A DNA stretch of 64,000 bases from Candidatus Omnitrophota bacterium (GTDB lineage Bacteria > Omnitrophota > Gorgyraeia > B26-G9): positions 7,974-71,973 of the forward strand of contig JBDRPX010000012.1 in assembly GCA_043826565.1 (NCBI GenBank), read 5' to 3'. Positions 29,880-39,284 of this stretch are shown one piece after another. The notes below the pieces were generated by a model. That model searched no databases. It was not told the origin of the DNA and saw only the letters and a program-made list of their open reading frames with translations. Each line of letters opens with the position of its first letter. Position 1 is the stretch's first letter. Made by a program: the position numbers and the translations under genes.

Positions 29880-31256
29880 TTGAAATTAAACAAGCATTTT
29901 ATCGAATTTCTGATAATTGTGGTGCTTGTCATTATTGCCGGAATGACTTTTCGCGGAGGGATTGCGGCTTCACTTAATAATAAAGCGATAGAAGCGTTAG
30001 AGGAAGGGAATCCTAAGCTGGCAATTTCCTTATTACAGAAAGCGAATAAGGCGCAGGAGACTTCTCAGGGATGTTATAACCTGGGGTATGCTTTTGAACA
30101 GGCCCAAGATCTGGATAACGCGGTTCTTAATTACAAAAAGGCGCTGGAGCTTAACCCGGAATATACGCAGGCATATGAAGCGGTGGTTGATCTATACCGT
30201 TCCCAGGAGAAATATGGATTAGCCAAAGAGTTTGAGCAATTTCAAGAATCCCTGCCGGCAGAGCAACAGAAAATCGGATTGTTTAATAAAGGTGTAGCAT
30301 TGTATGCTCAGAGAGATTATCACGGAGCAATTTCAAGTTTTGAGAAAGTTATCAAATTAGACCCTGATTTTTCTCAGGCTCATTATGCTTTGGGAGTGGT
30401 ATATTTTAAGCAGAATCAATGGGAACAGGCCATCGCGTATTTTAAAACCGCGGCCAGCCAGGGAATTAACGATGCGGTTATCTATAATAACCTGGGCATA
30501 AGTTATATGAATTTGGAAGAGTATGCGAAAGGAGCAGAGTATTTGCGTCAGGCTTATCGATTGGATCCGGAAAATAATGATATTGGTTATAGCCTGGCCA
30601 GTACTTTGCGTGATAATGGAGAGTTTGCCCAAGCCATGGACTTATATCAGGAGATTGTCATAAAGGCCGGACACTATCCTAATATTCATAATGATATTGC
30701 CGGTATCTATGAGCTCAGAGGAGAAACTGCTGCGGCACAAAAAGAATTTGCCCTGGAAATGGATAATTCTCAGGCATTAATTAATGAAGGTATATCTGAT
30801 GCGTATATCTTGGAAAACCTGGCCATAGCCTATAGCGGATTAGGACAGCAAGAGCAGGCGAGGGCTATCCTTGACCGGATAATCAGCTCAAACGCCGAGG
30901 CTCGCCGGGCATATTATGCGCGGTCGGTAGTCCATGAAAAAATGGGTAATCAGGAATTAGCCGATCAGGATATGCAGCGGTCAAAAGAGATATTAGCTGA
31001 CCGGGGGAATTTTAACCTTACTCTTAATAAACTAAAAGCCATACCGGTTTTGATCCGGAACAATTCCTCGCCCGGGGAGCAGAGACAGTCTGATTTTAAC
31101 GCGGACACCAGGATATATTTAAAGAATGGCCGGACAATGAAGGGAAGGCTGAAGACAGAGGATGAATCTAATGTTGTTTTGGAGGTGTTGATGGGGGATT
31201 CCGTGGGGATAATAAGTTTTGGAAGATCAAAGATCATGCGTATGGAAAAATTATAG
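29880..31256 (+). CDS. TPR-repeat protein with N-terminal TM anchor
   Basis: TTG start after GGAG. Multiple 34-aa TPR-like repeats (AxxYxxAL). Confidence 0.6.
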   Translation: MKLNKHFIEFLIIVVLVIIAGMTFRGGIAASLNNKAIEALEEGNPKLAISLLQKANKAQETSQGCYNLGYAFEQAQDLDNAVLNYKKALELNPEYTQAYEAVVDLYRSQEKYGLAKEFEQFQESLPAEQQKIGLFNKGVALYAQRDYHGAISSFEKVIKLDPDFSQAHYALGVVYFKQNQWEQAIAYFKTAASQGINDAVIYNNLGISYMNLEEYAKGAEYLRQAYRLDPENNDIGYSLASTLRDNGEFAQAMDLYQEIVIKAGHYPNIHNDIAGIYELRGETAAAQKEFALEMDNSQALINEGISDAYILENLAIAYSGLGQQEQARAILDRIISSNAEARRAYYARSVVHEKMGNQELADQDMQRSKEILADRGNFNLTLNKLKAIPVLIRNNSSPGEQRQSDFNADTRIYLKNGRTMKGRLKTEDESNVVLEVLMGDSVGIISFGRSKIMRMEKL

Positions 31257-31325
31257 ATTTAAAAAAATTTTGACGTTTTCCGGGGTTTTAGGATATGATA
31301 TTAGTGGTTACGAAATAATTAAAAA

Positions 31326-31754
31326 ATGAAAGGGGGCATAATGAGATATCTGCAAGGTGTTGTTATAGTCATGGTATTGTTCTTAAGTGTTTCAACTGTG
31401 TTTGCTGATGTTATTGGAAACACCGATAAAGAGGTGCAGGAGATCGCCAATCCATTATTGGATAATATCCTTGTCGGACTTGCCGAAGATAGTTATGAGA
31501 AATATTCTCAGAATTTTGACGACACCCTTAAAGAGACGATTTCTGCGGCACGCTTTAAGGAAATTGATATACAAATACAGGAATGGGTAGGAAACTATTT
31601 ATATAGAGAATATCTCGGGTTTTTGACTAAAGGACAGATGACGGTTATTTTTTGGAAAGGTGTCTTTGATAAAGCAAAGGATGATGTCTTAATTAAGCTG
31701 GTCGTATCAAAGCGCGGCGATAAATATTTAATTACCGGGTTATGGTTTCAGTAA
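31326..31754 (+). CDS. Small secreted protein, paralog of 34935-35399
   Basis: Signal peptide MRYLQGVVIVMVLFLSVSTVFA. Shared C-terminal block VIFWKGVFDKAKDDVLIKLVVSKRGDKYLITGLWFQ. Confidence 0.55.
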   Translation: MKGGIMRYLQGVVIVMVLFLSVSTVFADVIGNTDKEVQEIANPLLDNILVGLAEDSYEKYSQNFDDTLKETISAARFKEIDIQIQEWVGNYLYREYLGFLTKGQMTVIFWKGVFDKAKDDVLIKLVVSKRGDKYLITGLWFQ

Positions 31755-31769
31755 TTAAAAGGGGGAGTC

Positions 31770-32315
31770 TTGAAGTATACCAAAAAAACCAACTTTTTCC
31801 CGGGGCTGGCGGTAATGCTTGTGGGTTTATTGATTTTTGCAAGCATCTGCTGTGCCGGAGTAGACGATAAGTTGTACGCGGACGCGAATTCAAATGCTAA
31901 GAACGGAGCCATAGAATACGCGTTCATGAACTTCCATAGTATTTTGGCCTATTCGGCGGCCTCCCAATATTATAAAGAGGCTCTTTTTGCCTGCGGAGAG
32001 TATTATTATTTAGCCGGCGCGTATACCGACGCGGAAGAAATGTTTATTAAGTTTATTCAGCAGGATTCTGATTCCGAAGCTTTTCTTTTTGCTTTAGCGT
32101 ATCTTTTTAAGATCAGCCGGCAGGACCGGGACAGCCGGTTTAGCGATGAGTTAAAAAAGCAGATCATTGAATCACATCAGCTTAGTCTTTTGTTTAGTGA
32201 TTTTAAGGAAAATAAATACTTGTCTCCGCTGAACAAAAAATATAAAGCTTTATATTTTATTGATAGAGTAGAATTCTATATTGATGGGAAAATATTCGAA
32301 AAGATCGAGTTCTAA
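31770..32315 (+). CDS. Hypothetical membrane-anchored / lipoprotein-like protein
   Basis: TTG start after AAAGGGGGAG. N-terminal hydrophobic segment ending ASICCAG. Confidence 0.4.
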   Translation: MKYTKKTNFFPGLAVMLVGLLIFASICCAGVDDKLYADANSNAKNGAIEYAFMNFHSILAYSAASQYYKEALFACGEYYYLAGAYTDAEEMFIKFIQQDSDSEAFLFALAYLFKISRQDRDSRFSDELKKQIIESHQLSLLFSDFKENKYLSPLNKKYKALYFIDRVEFYIDGKIFEKIEF

Positions 32316-34374
32316 GGCGTTAGTCATTTCAGTTGCTCTTACCATTATAATTTTGACATTATTTTTGTCTACGGTAATTGCGGATTGGATATTTTCTGCC
32401 CACAAAGGCCGGATCGAGAAGGATATCGGCAGGTATTTAAATCAGGAACTTTCTATCGGCAGTATCCAGTATTTCCCTCCTTGTTTTATAATTTTAAAAA
32501 ATGTTTCCATGTTCAGCGATGAATCTCTTGCCGAATATCCTCCCCTGACTATAGAGAGGATAACTCTGGTTTTTTCTCTGCACAAGTTTCTTAAGAATAA
32601 AAAGATGGTAATTACAAAACTCTATTTTATCAAACCTAAAGTAGACTTCTTTGAATATCCTTTGTTTTTTAAGGAAAATATCGAGGGGATTATCGAGGTT
32701 ATTAATGTTTTAGCCCAAGGCAATCCGATACGCATTGTTATGGAAGACGCGCTATTAATCTTAAATCGCCGGGGGCGGAATGTTAACGCGCTTTTTACGA
32801 CAATGCGCCTGAGAATTGAGCCGAACAAACGGTTGACAACTTACGGGACAATAGATTTGTTCAGCTTTTTTGGTGATCAAATTCAGAAAAAAGTAGGGAT
32901 TAATGTTTCGGCAAAGCCTTTGCAGTATTACCTTAAAGGTTCCATTGCCCGGGATGGAATGACCATAGATAATCTTGAATTTAATAAGGGGAATTTTTGT
33001 GCTACGCTGGAGGGGAAATTAAAACAAAGCGTACTAAAATTAAACGGCTTTTCCACGATTGAAGATTTTTATAAAACCTCTTTAGATTTTAAAAATCAGG
33101 AGTCGGATCTATCTAAAAAGATCCGTCATCTTTTGATGTATGGAAAACTCCCCCAAAAAATAGGCATTTCTTCCCGGGGGTTGAATATTTTAGATATTAA
33201 TTGTGTGGTGCGGTTTGCTTCAAAAAATATTGCCTTAGAAGACTTAAGCTTTTATTTAGATAATATTCCGGTTAAATTAGACGGCAGTATTAATTTTGAA
33301 GATAAGACATTGTTTGATCTGAATTTTTCGGCTGTGCCGGCCCGGAAGCGGATTACCTGCGGCAAAGGGGTGGTCCAGCAAATCCAGGCGCAAGTTAAAA
33401 CAGAAATACAAAGAGGCTGGTTTGACGGGAGTGCGCAGTTTACGGTTTTAAAAACAATTAAAGACCGTCAAAGTTCTCAAACTGTCCGGGCGGATGTGCA
33501 GGGCGGGTCATTTGGATTTTCGCCGGATCGGCGGGTTAAGGTCTTGTTCGAGAATTTTTTCGCGGCGTATTCTTTAGATAATGATGAATATTCGCTTCGT
33601 TTGAAAAATTTTGATGCGTTTTTTAATTTTTTAAATCCCCGAGTTAAGTTTGTAAAATTTGTTTCGGCTATTTATGAAGGGTCGCTGGCGGGATATGCCG
33701 CAATAGACTTAGGCTTTAAGCCTGTGTTTAAGGCAAACTATAATATATCAATTAAAGATGTTAATGCGCGGGCGCTGGATTCATTATTAATGTCTTTATT
33801 TAAAACCTACCGGAAGTTTCCGGGAACACTGCATGAAAGTGTCGGAGGGACTTTTGATTGTAATATTAACTATGTAAGCCAGCCGCGATCAACAATGCAG
33901 GGGAACATGCAAATTAAAAACGGACGGCTGGATAATGTAAGATTTTTGGTTTGGCTGGCGGATTTTTTCAGCATCCCATCCCTTAAGACGATTGATTTTA
34001 AAACATTATCTTCAAAATTTACCGTTTATGATAATGCGTTTAGCGTTGATGAGATCGCCCTGGATGCGGGGGATATTCAACTGGCTGGATTTTTTCGGAT
34101 GCAGGAAGATGAATTGGTTTCCAGTAAGCTTTTTTTAACGCTGCCCAGAATTTTATTAAGCAATTCTCCGAAATTTCAGCTTTTGCTCGCGCTTATCGGA
34201 GGAGAAGTTCCTTTCTTTACATTTGACTTTCAGCTTTCCGGAGCATATCGCGCGCTTAATTTTAAATGGCTTGAATCCAGTTTTAAACAGGAAATTCAAA
34301 AAATCCTCCCTAATTTTATTGAGCGCGGGATTGAAACAAAGCTCGAAGCCGCAATTAAATCAATCGCTGAATAG
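32281..34374 (+). CDS. Large N-terminally anchored envelope protein (AsmA-like architecture, family uncertain)
   Basis: 697 aa. A single N-terminal TM then a long soluble region with no recognised catalytic motif. Confidence 0.35.
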   Translation: MMGKYSKRSSSKALVISVALTIIILTLFLSTVIADWIFSAHKGRIEKDIGRYLNQELSIGSIQYFPPCFIILKNVSMFSDESLAEYPPLTIERITLVFSLHKFLKNKKMVITKLYFIKPKVDFFEYPLFFKENIEGIIEVINVLAQGNPIRIVMEDALLILNRRGRNVNALFTTMRLRIEPNKRLTTYGTIDLFSFFGDQIQKKVGINVSAKPLQYYLKGSIARDGMTIDNLEFNKGNFCATLEGKLKQSVLKLNGFSTIEDFYKTSLDFKNQESDLSKKIRHLLMYGKLPQKIGISSRGLNILDINCVVRFASKNIALEDLSFYLDNIPVKLDGSINFEDKTLFDLNFSAVPARKRITCGKGVVQQIQAQVKTEIQRGWFDGSAQFTVLKTIKDRQSSQTVRADVQGGSFGFSPDRRVKVLFENFFAAYSLDNDEYSLRLKNFDAFFNFLNPRVKFVKFVSAIYEGSLAGYAAIDLGFKPVFKANYNISIKDVNARALDSLLMSLFKTYRKFPGTLHESVGGTFDCNINYVSQPRSTMQGNMQIKNGRLDNVRFLVWLADFFSIPSLKTIDFKTLSSKFTVYDNAFSVDEIALDAGDIQLAGFFRMQEDELVSSKLFLTLPRILLSNSPKFQLLLALIGGEVPFFTFDFQLSGAYRALNFKWLESSFKQEIQKILPNFIERGIETKLEAAIKSIAE

Positions 34375-34480
34375 CCTAGCATTGATCACGTTTCTTGCCG
34401 GACATATTAAACAGTTAAGTCTATAACACCATTATTTTCATGATCTTAAGCTAATAATCAAATTAAATCCCCCGTAGACC

Positions 34481-34508
34481 TTGTAAAATCAGTTTTTTAT
34501 GCTATACT
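34481..34508 (+). promoter_or_regulatory. Sigma70-like promoter TTGTAA-16-TATACT upstream of the PEP-CTERM gene
   Basis: Read directly. About 90 nt of 5' UTR follows. Confidence 0.35.
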
Positions 34509-34597
34509 TTACTATCTTTTTGTCCCAGGGGTAAGAGGAAAACCTTAACTTCTTAAAAAATAATAAGTTAGGTAATTTAATCAGAAAGGAAAATATC

Positions 34598-34870
34598 ATG
34601 ATACATTTTTTACTAATATGTTTATTGTTTTTGGGAATTAGTAGCGGTTCCGGAGATAGTTATGATTATGAGGGCTCAGACGCATTTAAACCGTCAGAGT
34701 TAGAAGTGCAGGCTTGTCAGGATATGATTGCCAGAGATCTATATGATTGTCCTGATGATAATACTTTCGAAGGTTCCGGAGATCCTGTACCTGTTCCTGA
34801 ACCGGGAACGATGCTTCTTGTGCTTACCGGCTTCGCGGTCGGCGCAATCGGGAAAAAGTTTAAAAAATAA
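34598..34870 (+). CDS. PEP-CTERM sorting-domain protein (putative exosortase substrate)
   Basis: Signal peptide. C-terminal VPVPEPGTMLLVLTGFAVGAIGKKFKK, which is P-E-P followed by a TM helix and a basic tail. Confidence 0.65.
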   Translation: MIHFLLICLLFLGISSGSGDSYDYEGSDAFKPSELEVQACQDMIARDLYDCPDDNTFEGSGDPVPVPEPGTMLLVLTGFAVGAIGKKFKK

Positions 34871-34934
34871 ATTTATTCTTTGAAAAAGATATTGATTTAG
34901 GGTAGAATAAAGGGGAAGTTTAATAAAATCAGCT

Positions 34935-35399
34935 ATGATGCTTTGCTCCATTGAATACGGGGATCTCATTATAAGGAGGAAAGAGATGAGGGGAGTTAGA
35001 TTTATAACCGCAGGGATGCTTATATTTTTATTAGCTGTGTCGCCTTGTGCTTCGGCAGCTAATGCTACGGATATGCAAGTTAAAGCTGTAGCTGAACCTA
35101 TCTTAGATAATATTCTGGATTCTTTTAAATTTGATGATTATTTTAAGTACAAAAAAGATCTGGATTCCGCTTTAAGAGTTCCCGGATCAAGCACAAAATT
35201 CTATAAAATTAACCGATATGTAAAAAATGTCCTGGGGCCTTATCAGGACCGGCAATATATGGGTGTTGTGTGTAAAGGTGAAATAGTTATTGTGCTTTGG
35301 AAAGGCATGTTTGAAAAAAGCGGTGACGATATTCTGATTAAGCTTATGCTTGCCCGGAAAAACGGGAAATTTGTCGTTACCGGTTTGTGGCTGCAGTAA
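34935..35399 (+). CDS. Small secreted protein, paralog of 31326-31754 (likely start at ATG 34989)
   Basis: Signal peptide. Shared block IVIVLWKGMFEKSGDDILIKLMLARKNGKFVVTGLWLQ. Confidence 0.55.
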   Translation: MMLCSIEYGDLIIRRKEMRGVRFITAGMLIFLLAVSPCASAANATDMQVKAVAEPILDNILDSFKFDDYFKYKKDLDSALRVPGSSTKFYKINRYVKNVLGPYQDRQYMGVVCKGEIVIVLWKGMFEKSGDDILIKLMLARKNGKFVVTGLWLQ

Positions 35400-35493
35400 T
35401 ATTTTTGCTTAAAAAATCCTCACGGGAAGTTCTCGCCGTATAAAGAGTATGCAGTATTATTAATGGATTATTCTTATCTTGAAAAATAAAATA

Positions 35494-35723
35494 GGGTCAT
35501 TCTTATTTAAAGTGGAATAATTTCTGTAACACAATAAAAGTAAATTGGTTAGATAAAAACAAGAATGACCCTGATTACAATGATTAAAAAACTGATTACA
35601 CCGATTAAACAATTTATCTTAAGAAGCAGTTTTCTTTCTCGAGAGTTATATATATTAACATCTCTGTAATCTTTTGAAAATCTGTGAAATCAGGTTCTTT
35701 CTAACAACCTAAAAAAAGAAAGA
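35494..35723. repeat. Inverted-repeat copy 2 (~230 bp), partner at 23739-23968
   Basis: Reverse complement is near-identical to copy 1. It ends 25 nt upstream of the MFS gene. Confidence 0.9.
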
Positions 35724-35747
35724 ACCATAAAATATATTCAACTGTTA

Positions 35748-37010
35748 TTGATTATGAATAAGATAGATAAACTGATAAAAAATTATTTTTTAATTATCTC
35801 CTGGGCTCTATATGACCTGGCTAACCAATTTTTCGCGCTGAATGTTATTTCCTTATATTTTGTGCGATGGATAACAATCGAAAAACAGGTCCCGGAAATT
35901 TTCTACAGTATTAGTTTCGGGATATCTACTTTTTTTGTCGCCTTGCTTTCTCCGGTCTTGGGAACCTTTGCCGATATTACTGCCCGGCATAGAATGTTTC
36001 TTATCTTCTTCACGTTACTTTGCATTATTTTTACTATTGGGCTGGGTTTTGTGAATAATGTGGTTCTGGCTCTGGTATTTTTTGCGATCGCAAATTTAGG
36101 GTGTCAGGCTGCGGTAATTTTTTATAATGCCTTGATGCTGAATATAACCCCTCAGAATAAAGTCGGATTAGTTTCCGGAATCGGAAAAATGTGCGGGTAT
36201 CTGGGCGCGGGGATCGCCCTGTTTTTTACCCGTCCGATCATGATTGAAAAAGGGTACCAGTCGACATTTATATTAACCGGAATTTTGTTTTTTTTATTCG
36301 CCTTGCCGTGTATGTTATTTGTTAAAGACACTCCCTTAAAAAACAATCCTAAATCGCAGCAAGATTCCCAATTATGGCAGATTAACGGAGTGTTTAATCG
36401 GTTAAAAGCTACGGTTATAAACACCCGGAAATTTAGAGGAATACAAGATCTGTTTAAGGCGGCATTCTTTGGTTTGTGTGTCGTGAATGTCCTGATTCTT
36501 TTCATGTCAGTGTATGCGACAAAGGCGTTTGGTTTGACCAATGTTGAAATCATTGATTTTATCGCGTTTTCTATTGTTTTTGCGATAGCCGGAAGCATTA
36601 CTTCCGGGATCATCAGCGATTATTTTGGGTGCAAGAAATCAATGATCGGGGTATTCGTGCTTTGGGTTATCTGTATTTTTAGCGGAGGGTTGGTCCAGCC
36701 GCCGTATCATTGGATTGTCGGGGCTTTGGCGGGGGTCAGCTTAGGAGCAACCTGGGTGGTATCCCGGGCTTTTGTCGTGCAGATTGTACCCAGAGAAATA
36801 ATCGGGGAAATATTCGGCATGTTTAACCTGGTCGGATATCTGGCCTGTATTGCCGGGCCAATGCTTTGGGGAATATTGATCTTATTTCTTTCTCCTTTGG
36901 GCGGTCTCGGATATCGGATTACCCTGCTTTGTTTTATCCCCTTACTTATTATTGGTATTGTTTTTTTAACCCGGATACCCGAAGACAGAAAATTGAAAAA
37001 TGAGAGTTGA
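35748..37010 (+). CDS. MFS-type transporter (about 12 TM)
   Basis: Multiple hydrophobic helices and the overall MFS architecture. No SD sequence. Confidence 0.6.
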   Translation: MIMNKIDKLIKNYFLIISWALYDLANQFFALNVISLYFVRWITIEKQVPEIFYSISFGISTFFVALLSPVLGTFADITARHRMFLIFFTLLCIIFTIGLGFVNNVVLALVFFAIANLGCQAAVIFYNALMLNITPQNKVGLVSGIGKMCGYLGAGIALFFTRPIMIEKGYQSTFILTGILFFLFALPCMLFVKDTPLKNNPKSQQDSQLWQINGVFNRLKATVINTRKFRGIQDLFKAAFFGLCVVNVLILFMSVYATKAFGLTNVEIIDFIAFSIVFAIAGSITSGIISDYFGCKKSMIGVFVLWVICIFSGGLVQPPYHWIVGALAGVSLGATWVVSRAFVVQIVPREIIGEIFGMFNLVGYLACIAGPMLWGILILFLSPLGGLGYRITLLCFIPLLIIGIVFLTRIPEDRKLKNES

Positions 37011-37083
37011 AAATAGTCCTATAACAAAATACAATAGAGATATCTATATCCGCAGGAGTAAGGTATAACGATAAGGAGCAGCA

Positions 37084-37575
37084 ATGGCTGTAAAAAGCAT
37101 TCTTTCATATCCTCTATTTCAAGATATTCTTAAGGCTGAGTCGGTTGCCGTGCAAATGGAAGACCCTAGTCTTTTAGGAATAATAAAAGATTTAAAAGAT
37201 ACTTTAATGGCTACACCTAATGGCGTGGGATTGGCTGCTCCGCAAATCGGAGTGTTAAAACGTATTTTTGTCCTGAAGAAAGATTATATTATTAATGACC
37301 TGGATATAAATTCCGCTCTGCGCCGGTCTGCGCAGGAGATCATTACTTTTATTAATCCTAAGATTGTCGTGAAAAAAGGTATTGTTCATGAAGAAGAAGG
37401 GTGTTTAAGTGTCCCGGATGCTTATATTGAGATTGAACGCGCGAAAATAATAAAAGTGCGCGCTTTGAATGAGCAGGGAGAGCAGGTTTATGAAAAACTC
37501 AAAGGACTGGCCTCCCGGGCAGTGCAGCAGGAGATCGATCATTTAAATGGAATACTAATTATAGATCATAAATAA
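37084..37575 (+). CDS. def: Peptide deformylase with atypical motif 3 (QEIDH instead of HEIDH)
   Basis: Motif 1 GVGLAAPQIG. Motif 2 EEGCLSVPD. Motif 3 reads VQQEIDHLNG. Confidence 0.8.
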   Translation: MAVKSILSYPLFQDILKAESVAVQMEDPSLLGIIKDLKDTLMATPNGVGLAAPQIGVLKRIFVLKKDYIINDLDINSALRRSAQEIITFINPKIVVKKGIVHEEEGCLSVPDAYIEIERAKIIKVRALNEQGEQVYEKLKGLASRAVQQEIDHLNGILIIDHK

Positions 37576-37708
37576 TTCAAAAATCAAAGGTCAAAAGTCA
37601 AAATTTCAAGTCAAAAATAAAAAATATAAGAGAAAAAGAATTAAATGATATAATTTTATCCAAGCATTGAACTTTTGAGTTTTTAATTGTATTTTTGATT
37701 TTTGCATT

Positions 37709-38032
37709 TTGAATTTTGATTTAAATCCTGAAAGGATGACAATGGATGATTTGATAAAGACAGTCGGATTAGTGGCGGCAGTGATTCTGCCGTTATGGAA
37801 TATCCCGCTTATCGCGCGGATTATCCGCCGGAAGTCTTCCGATGATGTAAGTTTGTATTGGGTCTGCGGAGTATGGGTGTGCTTTGTGTTCATGTTCCCG
37901 GCGGCGATATCTTCCGCGGATATTGTTTGGAAAACCTTTAATATCGCGAACATGGTGCTTTTTAGCGCGGTAATGGCTACAGTATTGTTTTATCGTGTAA
38001 AAAAGGGGAGAATTTCAAAAAATGACAAATAA
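37709..38032 (+). CDS. Small 3-TM membrane protein, PQ-loop/SemiSWEET-like (start probably ATG 37742)
   Basis: Three TM helices. LPLWNIPLIARIIRRKSSDDVSLYW resembles the PQ-loop motif. Confidence 0.35.
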   Translation: MNFDLNPERMTMDDLIKTVGLVAAVILPLWNIPLIARIIRRKSSDDVSLYWVCGVWVCFVFMFPAAISSADIVWKTFNIANMVLFSAVMATVLFYRVKKGRISKNDK

Positions 38033-38381
38033 ATTTTTAGTAATCCAGACGGTATTTACCAATTTGCTGTTATTGGTAATCCTGGGGGTCTTGATCTTTG
38101 TCGCGGCCGGGCTTAAGCAGGATAGTTCTAATGACCGATATTCTTTTTCCATGCAAAGCCAGACCCAGGAGTTATATGTATTTGACAAGAAAACAAGCAA
38201 GTTATTTATCACTTCTCCGGAAGTAATCGGTGATTACGGAAAAGAAATGTGGACAGAATTAAACCCTGCCGCCGGAGGAAATGCCGTACCGTTCAAACAG
38301 CTTTTAAATGAAAAATCCGGAATTGAGTTAAGGAAGAAATTTCTCAGAGAATTGAATAATAATAACGGTAAAAAAGAATAG
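38022..38381 (+). CDS. Hypothetical protein with N-terminal TM
   Basis: ORF with N-terminal hydrophobic helix. No recognised domain. Confidence 0.35.
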   Translation: MTNKFLVIQTVFTNLLLLVILGVLIFVAAGLKQDSSNDRYSFSMQSQTQELYVFDKKTSKLFITSPEVIGDYGKEMWTELNPAAGGNAVPFKQLLNEKSGIELRKKFLRELNNNNGKKE

Positions 38382-38443
38382 ATAATTGAAAATTGAGAGT
38401 TGAGGGTTTGTAAAATTACTTTACACTAAAATAAAGGGGGTAA

Positions 38444-38590
38444 TATGCCTAATTGCGCGATGAAAATTTTAATAGTGATCTGGACATTGGTGGGGTTGGA
38501 GCTTTGCATATATCTGATTTATTTTCCGATTTTTATGAAAAAGAAGATCGGGGTCATTGTCGGATTGTTGGAACGCATTGCGGAAAAATA
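38444..38590 (+). CDS. Possible small membrane protein (48 aa)
   Basis: ATG preceded by AAAGGGGG. MPNCAMKILIVIWTLVGLELCIYLIYFPIFMKKKIGVIVGLLERIAEK. Below the ORF-track cutoff. Confidence 0.25.
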
Positions 38591-38729
38591 AAGGAATACC
38601 CGCCATAAAGTCCGCCATTAATATGGCGAGATTGCGCCACAGATTTGGCGAAATTGGCGAGGTTAAATTCGCGCCTATAATTTACATCACTTTGTTCTGT
38701 AAATTATGCGCTCATTAAAGGAGGAGGCT

Positions 38730-39281
38730 ATGAAAAAGATATTTTTTGTATTGTTATTTTTATTTGTTTTTGTCAGTACAGTGAAAGGAGTGCAAATGGA
38801 AGCAAAGGATGTAATTGTGGTATTTGAAACAACTCAGGGCAATATTGAGATCAAATTAATGCCGGAGATCGCGCCGAAAACGTGTGAGAATTTTATCGGA
38901 CTAATAGAAAAGACCTATTATGACGAAATAATTTTTCACCGGGTGATAAAGAGTTTTATGATCCAGGGCGGAGATCCTACGGGTACCGGGAGCGGCGGAG
39001 AATCTATTTGGGGAAAACCTTTTGAAGATGAAGTAACCAAAAATGTTGTTTTTGATCAGCCGGGGATACTGGCTATGGCTAATGCCGGGCCGAATACGAA
39101 CGGAAGCCAGTTTTTTATTACTACAGCTGCGACGCCATGGCTGAATATGCGGCATACGATCTTTGGAAAAGTTATTGCCGGATATGATGTCGTGGAGAAG
39201 ATCGAAAATACTAAAACCGGGATGATGGATAAGCCGGTTCAAGAGCAGAAAATAATAAAAGCCTATATTAAAAAGCAATAG
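38730..39281 (+). CDS. Cyclophilin-type peptidyl-prolyl cis-trans isomerase (secreted)
   Basis: RBS AGGAGGAGG. Signal peptide. FHRVIKSFMIQGGDP and NAGPNTNGSQFFITT cyclophilin motifs. Confidence 0.85.
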   Translation: MKKIFFVLLFLFVFVSTVKGVQMEAKDVIVVFETTQGNIEIKLMPEIAPKTCENFIGLIEKTYYDEIIFHRVIKSFMIQGGDPTGTGSGGESIWGKPFEDEVTKNVVFDQPGILAMANAGPNTNGSQFFITTAATPWLNMRHTIFGKVIAGYDVVEKIENTKTGMMDKPVQEQKIIKAYIKKQ

Positions 39282-39284
39282 TTA

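Noticed and set aside
31387-31590. 67-aa + ORF in an alternate frame inside 31326-31754
   Set aside because: It is fully embedded in a gene that has a paralog at 34935 sharing the other frame's C-terminal block.
37606-37953. Minus-strand 115-aa ORF across the TCAAAA repeat element
   Set aside because: It reads through a low-complexity repeat (poly-F/L/K translation). The plus-strand neighbour is a credible 3-TM protein.
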